Source of the DNA: an uncultured archaeon
GTDB lineage: Archaea > Asgardarchaeota > Thorarchaeia > Thorarchaeales > CAZPUN01
Direction of reading: 5' to 3'
Assembly (NCBI GenBank): GCA_964589775.1
Contig: CAZPUN010000020.1
Span: forward strand, 30,118-62,117
DNA: 32,000 nt
The position numbers and the translations under genes are program-made. Below are positions 1 to 6,908 of the stretch, in pieces; position 1 is the stretch's first letter; each line of letters opens with the position of its first letter. The notes below the pieces were generated by a model. It worked only from the letters and a program-made list of their open reading frames with translations, was not told the DNA's origin and did no database searches.

Positions 1-687
1 ACCCATATTTTTTTGTTTAACTATCTTAAAAGTCCCAATTTCGGAAAGATTACGAACATGAGTACCAGCACAAGATGCTGCATCATAATCATCAATAATT
101 ACAATTCTAAATTCTTTCACGCTTTCAGGAACCATTTCAAGATATTGGGTTTGATATTTTCGCGCTTTTAGAAATTCTATTGCCTCTTGGCGTGCCATAA
201 ATTTTATTTCAACATCATATTTTTTTGAAAGGATTTCATTTATATTAGACTCAATATTAGAAATTTCATCATCAGACAGTTTTTCCATCGGATGAAAATC
301 CGCATGAGATTTTGGAACATTGACTGATGAACTAATTGTTTGAGCAGAATATGTATTTTGCATATAACGGGAAAACACGTGTTGAAGCGTATGCATCTTC
401 ATAAGCATATATCGGCGATCCCAATCAATTTCTCCATGAACCATATCACCAACTGAAAATGAGACATCCCCATCGAAATAATGGCGTACTTCACCCGATT
501 CTTTTGTTACTTTTGTAATATTTACCGTGGAATTTCCTTTTTTGATTATGCCATGATCGCATGCTTGCCCACCACCTCGAGGGTAAAAAGCAGAACGATC
601 CAAAACCAAATAGTTTTCACCCACGTTTATTACTTTAGCATCAAATTCTTTAATGTAGTTGTCATGCATATGTAGAAGTTCGGTCAT
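1..687 (-). CDS. alaX: Alanyl-tRNA editing protein AlaX (AlaX-M type), 3'-truncated by window edge
   Basis: Not in ORF track; translated by hand from ATG 687: MTELLHMHDNYIKEFDAKV...LDRSAFYPRGGGQACDHG...MKMHTLQHV...DAASCAGTHV. Has the FYPxGGGQ motif and the HxxxH and CxxxH Zn-editing motifs; AGGTGA RBS upstream. Confidence 0.92.
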   Translation of the reverse strand, partial: MTELLHMHDNYIKEFDAKVINVGENYLVLDRSAFYPRGGGQACDHGIIKKGNSTVNITKVTKESGEVRHYFDGDVSFSVGDMVHGEIDWDRRYMLMKMHTLQHVFSRYMQNTYSAQTISSSVNVPKSHADFHPMEKLSDDEISNIESNINEILSKKYDVEIKFMARQEAIEFLKARKYQTQYLEMVPESVKEFRIVIIDDYDAASCAGTHVRNLSEIGTFKIVKQKNMG

Positions 688-836
688 GATATTTCACCTA
701 AAAATTCAGTTGAATTTTTGATATTAACGTTTTACCATATAATACAAAAAGAAATTTTCGTTTTGTAGTACATTTTAATTATTTTGCGTAAATTTACAAA
801 ATATGAATGAAAAATCGTTACATTGCATAAACAATA

Positions 837-1283
837 CTATTCCAAATATTCACGTTTTGCAAGCTCAATGACATCATCAATTTTATCGGGTGAAATACCA
901 GAACCTTGCAGAATATTTTTCCAGTCCGATATTTCAGAATCTTCAAGAACTTCACAAATTGCATCAGCTTCACTATAGGAAAATCCACATTCAACTAAAA
1001 ATTCAACTAAAGGCTTTCCAGATAATAGAATCTCAGTACTTATTGTGGAAGGTTTTGATTCGGGTGGTTCAAGTTTTGATTCCTTTAATTTTTTATAATA
1101 ATAATCATGAACGATTTTTTCAAACGACCGAACTTTTATTTCTTTAATCTTCTTTTTGTTTTCTATAGCATTAGCAAGAGATTTTATCTGCTTTTTTATA
1201 AATCTCCGTCTTAAGAAACTCCCAGCTATTATTATTGAATACAGTAGAGGTATATACATGTGAATTGATAATGTATTAAGCAT
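837..1283 (-). CDS. Hypothetical protein with N-terminal membrane anchor and small acidic helical C-terminal domain
   Basis: ORF 837..1391. The first 36 codons lie in the AT-rich intergenic/promoter zone, so ATG 1283 (MLNTLSIHMYIPLLYSIIIAG, followed by basic RRRFIKK) is the more likely start. Confidence 0.6.
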   Translation of the reverse strand: MLNTLSIHMYIPLLYSIIIAGSFLRRRFIKKQIKSLANAIENKKKIKEIKVRSFEKIVHDYYYKKLKESKLEPPESKPSTISTEILLSGKPLVEFLVECGFSYSEADAICEVLEDSEISDWKNILQGSGISPDKIDDVIELAKREYLE

Positions 1284-1428
1284 GTCTGGCCCCTCAATAA
1301 TATATGTTTGACAATACATATAAAAAACATATTTAAAACATTTATGTAAAAATAAATCAATAATAAAAAAAATAATAAAGAAAAGATACAATGAATATTG
1401 TGAGGGATAAGTCTGCGGAGATATTTCT

Positions 1429-2148
1429 ATGATTCAATGCTTATATATAATTTCACATAATGGGGACGAATTGTTTTCAAAAGCATATATAAAGGAAATG
1501 TGCCATCTGCCATCACATATCGCAAATGTAGCAGTAATGATCTTTCAACCGGGAATAAGTAATCAATCGATTTATTACCTTAATGAAAATGGAACATTAT
1601 GGACGTATTCTGTATATAGCAGGTTTATTCTTATAATTAAAAGTTCAAAGGAAACAGACCCAATTGAACTAAAACTGAAGACTCTAGAAATTGGCGAGTA
1701 TATGACTCAAATAATGAAGAAATTACCAGACAATTGGGAAGGTAAATTAAACGATTTCAAAGACATTGAAGATGAAATAAATAAAATTGTACATAAGAAG
1801 ATATCTATGGCACCCTCATTAGTTGTGTCATTAAAAAATATTGCAGAGGTATATGAGGAAACAAAAAAAGAAATCGACTATATTTCTTTTTATGACATGT
1901 ATGGGAACCGTATTACCTCACAATTACCAGCATACCTCGAAAACACAATAATTGAGCATATTAACAATTCAAAAAATGCAATTGAAAATGATAATATTAC
2001 TGAATATGTAGTAGACAAACAGCCATTAATTATATGCAAGATCAATAAAATATACATGACGGTAGTTCCAGCACCTGGAGCACACCATGAAAAAATATTG
2101 GATATAATTAAAGATATATCCGAACAAGTTGAAGGCTTACTAACTTGA
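1429..2148 (+). CDS. Longin-like N-terminal domain fused to Roadblock/LC7-like C-terminal domain
   Basis: The N-terminus MIQCLYIISHNGDELFSKAY resembles the longin/sigma-adaptin start (hydrophobic strand-xxxG-xxLFxxxY). The C-terminal IDYISFYDMYGNRITS...LIICKINKIYMTVV...EKILDIIKDISEQV fits roadblock topology. Confidence 0.6.
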   Translation: MIQCLYIISHNGDELFSKAYIKEMCHLPSHIANVAVMIFQPGISNQSIYYLNENGTLWTYSVYSRFILIIKSSKETDPIELKLKTLEIGEYMTQIMKKLPDNWEGKLNDFKDIEDEINKIVHKKISMAPSLVVSLKNIAEVYEETKKEIDYISFYDMYGNRITSQLPAYLENTIIEHINNSKNAIENDNITEYVVDKQPLIICKINKIYMTVVPAPGAHHEKILDIIKDISEQVEGLLT

Positions 2149-2160
2149 TATTAAAAATAT

Positions 2161-3300
2161 TCACTTTAGTATTCGTTTTGCTAAGCCATAATAGATCTTT
2201 GCAGCCTTAATAACGGATTCTAGTTCAACATACTCATTTGGTTGATGTGCTTGCTCAATGCGACCAGGGCCAAAAATCACATGGGGTATTTTTAATTGTG
2301 GCTCAAATATTGATGCATCAGTACCATATGGTGCTCCAAAAATGTTCGGCTTTTTACCAGTGATTCTATTTGTTTCCGCAATAAGTTCTGAAATAATCCA
2401 GTGATTGAGATCAATTTCAACAGGAGGTCTAGATATAATTTCAGATAATTCAAAAGTAGAACCATCAAAATATTCAGAAAGCCTTGTACGTAGCATATTG
2501 AGAATTTCATAAGGCATTTGCCCAGGTATTAATCGCATATCAATGTGCAGTTCGCAATAATCAGGAACAATATTGATTTTTGTACCTCCGGAAATTATGC
2601 CAAAGTTGAGTGTTGTAGATTTTAATATCGAATGATGTTGTATTGGAACTATTTCTTTAATTTTCAACATCAATTGCGTCATTAATTCGATAGCATTTAT
2701 ACCAAGTTCTGGTTGGGACCCATGTGCAGATTTACCAAATGTTTTAACTTTAAACCAAAGCATTCCTTTTTCAGCTATTCCAATATTAAGATCTGTGGGC
2801 TCTGCACAAATAGCCACGTCAATCTTACCAAGCTTTCCCGAATCAACAACCGTTTGTGCTCCGCTACTACCTGCTTCTTCATCAGAAGTTGCTACAAAAA
2901 TGAAATCACCATTAATTTCATCTTTAGATAGGCATACAGCAGTTTCAGCAATTGCAGCTATTGCTCCTTTCATATCTGCTGTACCACGTCCATACATTCT
3001 GCCATTAATAATTTTAGCCTCAAAAGGATCATAATGCCACAAATCGATGTTACCAATTGGAACCGTATCAAGATGCCCATGAATCATTAAAGATTTATCC
3101 GATGTTCCTTTCCCTATATGAACAAGAACATTTGGTCTTTTTGAGTCTCCAATTATTTCCGAAGAAATATGATGGTCATCTAAAAAGTCAACAAGAATTT
3201 TCGCTGCGCGATATTCATTACCGGGAGGATTTTCAGTATTTGCTTGTACAAGTTCTCTAAGGAGATCTGTCATTCGTTTAGAATTTATGCAGTCTGACAT
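2161..3300 (-). CDS. M20 family metallo-amidohydrolase (ArgE/DapE-like)
   Basis: HGHLDTVP, GRGTADMKG, DEEAG, AEPT, GKSAHGS and AHQPNEYV motifs. Confidence 0.93.
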   Translation of the reverse strand: MSDCINSKRMTDLLRELVQANTENPPGNEYRAAKILVDFLDDHHISSEIIGDSKRPNVLVHIGKGTSDKSLMIHGHLDTVPIGNIDLWHYDPFEAKIINGRMYGRGTADMKGAIAAIAETAVCLSKDEINGDFIFVATSDEEAGSSGAQTVVDSGKLGKIDVAICAEPTDLNIGIAEKGMLWFKVKTFGKSAHGSQPELGINAIELMTQLMLKIKEIVPIQHHSILKSTTLNFGIISGGTKINIVPDYCELHIDMRLIPGQMPYEILNMLRTRLSEYFDGSTFELSEIISRPPVEIDLNHWIISELIAETNRITGKKPNIFGAPYGTDASIFEPQLKIPHVIFGPGRIEQAHQPNEYVELESVIKAAKIYYGLAKRILK

Positions 3301-3394
3301 AAATTTCTAAAAGAGATTCTAAATATATTTACTTTTTTATTATAGAACGCTATTTTTAAAAACTCACAAGTGAGCTATAAGACTGTGAATTACA

Positions 3395-3763
3395 ATGATT
3401 GAAAAACCAAGAGGCATCATATTTTCAGTAGTCATCTTGATAATTAGCGGAATAATATTAAATGTATCAGGCATTGTATTGATAATATTTGGCTGGAATG
3501 TTGCACCACCACCAGGATGGAGTGCAGACTTTGTATTATTATATGCAACTATATCAATTATAGTTGGAACTATCGAGATCATATCTGCATATGGGTTATA
3601 CAAAATAGAATTTTGGGGATGGGTAATTACGGAATTTTCATTAATTGTAATTATTGCGGCATTGTCAGAAAACTTAGCAATGTTCTTAATATATGTGATT
3701 ATATTTGTATACTTAATTTATGAACGAAAACTATTCATAAAAGTGGAAGACACAAATAGTTAA
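3395..3763 (+). CDS. Small multi-pass membrane protein
   Basis: 122 aa with about 4 hydrophobic segments and a 'YGLYKIEFWGW' pattern. Confidence 0.75.
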   Translation: MIEKPRGIIFSVVILIISGIILNVSGIVLIIFGWNVAPPPGWSADFVLLYATISIIVGTIEIISAYGLYKIEFWGWVITEFSLIVIIAALSENLAMFLIYVIIFVYLIYERKLFIKVEDTNS

Positions 3764-3772
3764 ATCATACAA

Positions 3773-3852
3773 TTTATTGAGGCGATGATGAAGTTACCCC
3801 TGTAGGACCTACCCCGGAATGACTCAAGAAGAGCAGGCTGAGCCTCAATAAA
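3773..3852 (+). ncRNA. Box C/D 2'-O-methylation guide sRNA
   Basis: Perfect C box ATGATGA (3785-3791) and D box CTGA (3838-3841), flanked by an 11-bp inverted repeat TTTATTGAGGC/GCCTCAATAAA; GC-richer island in an AT-rich intergenic region. Confidence 0.85.
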
Positions 3853-3924
3853 AAGTATATAATTTTAACAAATTCATAAGCAGTGTAAACCCAGCAAAAT
3901 GAAACTTAAAAAATAAAAAAAGAA

Positions 3925-4089
3925 TTATTTAATTCTCCTAATGATCGGAGAACCATTCTTTTTGATCAGTTCATAAGTCGCATTACCAAAAGTCAACCTT
4001 ATTTTATCGCCTTCTTTCATACGATTTAAAAACTTGTCACCGTAAGCGTTTATGAACTTGCTCAAATTTTCGTATGTGGGATCAGTCAT
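3925..4089 (-). CDS. Small hypothetical protein, 54 aa (MTDPTYENLSKFINAYGDKFLNRMKEGDKIRLTFGNATYELIKKNGSPIIRRIK)
   Basis: Below the ORF-track cutoff. Clean ATG..TAA filling the intergenic gap, protein-like composition, TATA-like motifs upstream and a T-tract downstream. Confidence 0.7.
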   Translation of the reverse strand: MTDPTYENLSKFINAYGDKFLNRMKEGDKIRLTFGNATYELIKKNGSPIIRRIK

Positions 4090-4119
4090 TGGGGGCACTC
4101 TATTTAATTTTAATTAAAA

Positions 4120-4141
4120 TATATAAAAAATATATAAAAAA
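4120..4141. promoter_or_regulatory. Tandem TATATAAAAAA x2, probable TATA elements of a divergent promoter
   Basis: 11-nt direct repeat between the divergent 54-aa ORF and cutA starts, about 30 nt from each. Confidence 0.4.
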
Positions 4142-4170
4142 CTTATGCTGTATTATTAAAATTGATTAAA

Positions 4171-4485
4171 ATGTCAGATTATTATATAATTTTTTCAACA
4201 ATTGATAACAAAAATTCGAAAAAAATAGCACATGATATTGTACAGAAAAACTTAGCAGCGGCCGTCTCTATTGTTCCTATGGTGCAAACATACAAAGCAT
4301 GGAAAAACGGCATGACTGAATATTTAGAGAATTTATTGATAATTAGAACGACATCACAGAAACTTGATGAGCTGAGACAATTCATCAAAGAAAATCATCC
4401 TGATGAAAATCCAGAGTTTGTTGCAACTCCTATAGAGTATGGATCACCAGAGTACTTTATGTGGATTTCAAAAAATACAGAGTAA
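4171..4485 (+). CDS. cutA: Divalent-cation tolerance protein CutA
   Basis: AHDIVQKNLAA, YxxW..G...ENLLIIRT, IKENHPDENPEFVA..I..GSPEYFMWI are the CutA1 signatures; ATG 4171 is preferred to TTG 4162. Confidence 0.9.
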   Translation: MSDYYIIFSTIDNKNSKKIAHDIVQKNLAAAVSIVPMVQTYKAWKNGMTEYLENLLIIRTTSQKLDELRQFIKENHPDENPEFVATPIEYGSPEYFMWISKNTE

Positions 4486-4493
4486 TGGAGGCG

Positions 4494-6908
4494 CTATTTA
4501 TGCCTCCGAATATATCTCAATGATTCATTAAAGTATTTACCGATAAGAGACGCCATTGCAGGACCAACGATTTGCTCAATTTCACCTGGAAGCAATTCCT
4601 CAATATTTGTTTTTGATGATAGTTTCCCAGATTGCCTCAAACGACTTATTTCACGATCAACAATTGTGCGTGCTTCAGACATTGAAACTGTTTGCTCTTT
4701 TTGTGATAAATGCGTTCGGATCGATGTTAAAGCCTTAGATAAGAAATATACAAGATTTTCATAATCGTTCGCAACAACTACGCTTGCAGAACCATGAATG
4801 GGACAATAATCTCCTGTTACAGTAGCACCACATTCTTTACACATTTTTATTCCACGTCGGTTCACAAGGAAATATGTAAGCAAGTTTGAGGCCTTCTGAG
4901 TATCGCGTTGAGTCCATTCAAGACCAGCTACACCACGCCTACCGGCACGGAATATTGATATCGCACGAGAATCGATCCAGCTTAGAATATCTACTCGCTT
5001 TCGTTTTTCCTCAAGTAAGCGTTTTTCTTCTTCAGCTCGCGCAAGCCATAAATCTTCTCTAATTGTTTTCTTCTTGAATTCTTGAACAATATACCGATGG
5101 GATATATCATAGCCAATTGCATAATTACGATAATCAAGCTTATCAATGGCTAAGGGCATGTCGACAATTCCAGCAAATACAGGACTAGGTGTCGTCATGA
5201 GATCTTGCTTTGCGGTTTCGATAGATTGACTGCTAAATCGTGCCCATATGAACGATGCAATATCTAATGCAGGAAGATATGGTAAAACTATCTTGAATTC
5301 ACGTGCTGTATTATTTAGAGCGTCTGTAAGAACTTCTTCACGTGCAGGTTGTAGCTCAGATATAGTATCCTCAAATATCCACTTTATTACAGATTTTACA
5401 CGTTCCAAATCTTTACGTGCTTTTAGATAAACTTCAATGACTCTACTAAGATGTCTTAAAAAGTCACCAATAGACATATATGCAACATCAAGAACGATTT
5501 TATCTCCAACTTTCGAGCTTGTCATTGCAGACTGTAATTCGGAAATAGATTTGAAACCTAATTTGTTTAGTGATTCAGTTACTTTTTGTTCAAGTTCAAG
5601 CATGGACTTTAATTTATCAGGAGGCGGAATAGTGACAATTTTTGATAATTCAGATAATACTTGATTTTCAATTCCAAATAGTTTTTCGCGAGGCTTTAGC
5701 AAAAAGTCGATATGGATCTGCATTAATGCATCTCCACGAAGACCACGTGCGAGCAATCTAGGCTTTACTTTCTTCTCAAGCGATTGACGTATTTTTGCAA
5801 GATGTCGTAGATCGCGTTGAAGAACATCCATATCCTCTACAAAATCAAGTTCAATAGTTGTACCACCTGAGGAACCAGTTGCCTTCAAAGTTTCAAAAAG
5901 CTGTGAAGCTGTAGAAATTCCAGAGCGTCTCAGATCCATCATAACTTCAGACTTTGAAATATCAAATAACGCTGCAATTGCATCAATAGTTTTATCGCGA
6001 AGTGATTCAAAAACTTCAAGTAATGCATTACGAATTATATTACTGAATAGTGTATCAATGTTATCAAAATTAATTTCTTTATCAATATATTCAGAAATCT
6101 TGGAAATTATACTTAATTTAATTTTGTACATTCCAGCCAGTACATCTATAGAATATTGATTTCGCTCGAGATTTTCAATGATTGATTTTATAATATCATC
6201 TTTCACTTTACTAAATTTATCCCACGTTAATGTTTCTTGAAGCATAGATTCAGTAAACTTCAATCTGTTAAACACCGCAATAAATGTGGAAATTTCAATT
6301 ACCTCTTCTTCATGACGACGAAGCATTTCTTGCTTTAGACTCAGAGATGTTTCTTTTAGACTGGATGCCTTTTGATATAATTTATTCTTATAATACTTAG
6401 ACCAACCGGTGATGTATCCGATTAGATCAATTATTAAAAAGGAGGGATACTTATTAGCATTTTCAGAAAGATATGCTTCTAAAATTTCATTTACTTTATT
6501 AATTTGCTCTTCACGCATACGAGTTGATTTCAAACTATCTATTATGTCGAGCATAATTTTTATTTCATCTATTGCAATACGAATTTCATCAATATGGTGA
6601 TTATTTACTAAAAATCGAATCTCTGAACGAAGTAATGATTTTTCTTCCTCAATTTTTTTCTGCTGCTCTTCTGCATTTAGTTGAGACTCCGAAATATCGA
6701 ATAAGCGAACACCTTGAAAATGATAAAGATACATTGCAGCAAAATCTAACAGCGCATCATTTAGAGTAATACGATCACTGCCCACAAATTGTATCAGATT
6801 TCTACGGTCGCGAGAAGACCGCATATGAAGGGGTAATGCCTCTGTGAGGATTAGTTCTTTTCCTGCTTCACGCATTTGACGAGACCGGATAATATTTACC
6901 ATGGACAT
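4494..6908 (-). CDS. Large (804 aa) mostly alpha-helical hypothetical protein with inserted Zn-ribbon (CKECG...CPIHG)
   Basis: Long ORF whose start overlaps the upstream stop by 1 nt (TAATG); family not recognised. Confidence 0.85.
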   Translation of the reverse strand: MSMVNIIRSRQMREAGKELILTEALPLHMRSSRDRRNLIQFVGSDRITLNDALLDFAAMYLYHFQGVRLFDISESQLNAEEQQKKIEEEKSLLRSEIRFLVNNHHIDEIRIAIDEIKIMLDIIDSLKSTRMREEQINKVNEILEAYLSENANKYPSFLIIDLIGYITGWSKYYKNKLYQKASSLKETSLSLKQEMLRRHEEEVIEISTFIAVFNRLKFTESMLQETLTWDKFSKVKDDIIKSIIENLERNQYSIDVLAGMYKIKLSIISKISEYIDKEINFDNIDTLFSNIIRNALLEVFESLRDKTIDAIAALFDISKSEVMMDLRRSGISTASQLFETLKATGSSGGTTIELDFVEDMDVLQRDLRHLAKIRQSLEKKVKPRLLARGLRGDALMQIHIDFLLKPREKLFGIENQVLSELSKIVTIPPPDKLKSMLELEQKVTESLNKLGFKSISELQSAMTSSKVGDKIVLDVAYMSIGDFLRHLSRVIEVYLKARKDLERVKSVIKWIFEDTISELQPAREEVLTDALNNTAREFKIVLPYLPALDIASFIWARFSSQSIETAKQDLMTTPSPVFAGIVDMPLAIDKLDYRNYAIGYDISHRYIVQEFKKKTIREDLWLARAEEEKRLLEEKRKRVDILSWIDSRAISIFRAGRRGVAGLEWTQRDTQKASNLLTYFLVNRRGIKMCKECGATVTGDYCPIHGSASVVVANDYENLVYFLSKALTSIRTHLSQKEQTVSMSEARTIVDREISRLRQSGKLSSKTNIEELLPGEIEQIVGPAMASLIGKYFNESLRYIRRHK

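Noticed and set aside
481-675. 64-aa plus-strand ORF
   Set aside because: Antisense shadow of alaX.
735-805. Imperfect hairpins (TACAAAA...TTTTGTA) and the AT palindrome at 4107-4120
   Set aside because: Expected by chance in very AT-rich intergenic DNA.
3791-3810. Possible C/D guide targets in 23S (CAGGGAUAAC region) or 16S (AGG(C/U)CCUAC region)
   Set aside because: Matches recalled from consensus are short or mismatched, and the D' box position is uncertain; the cognate rRNA is needed.
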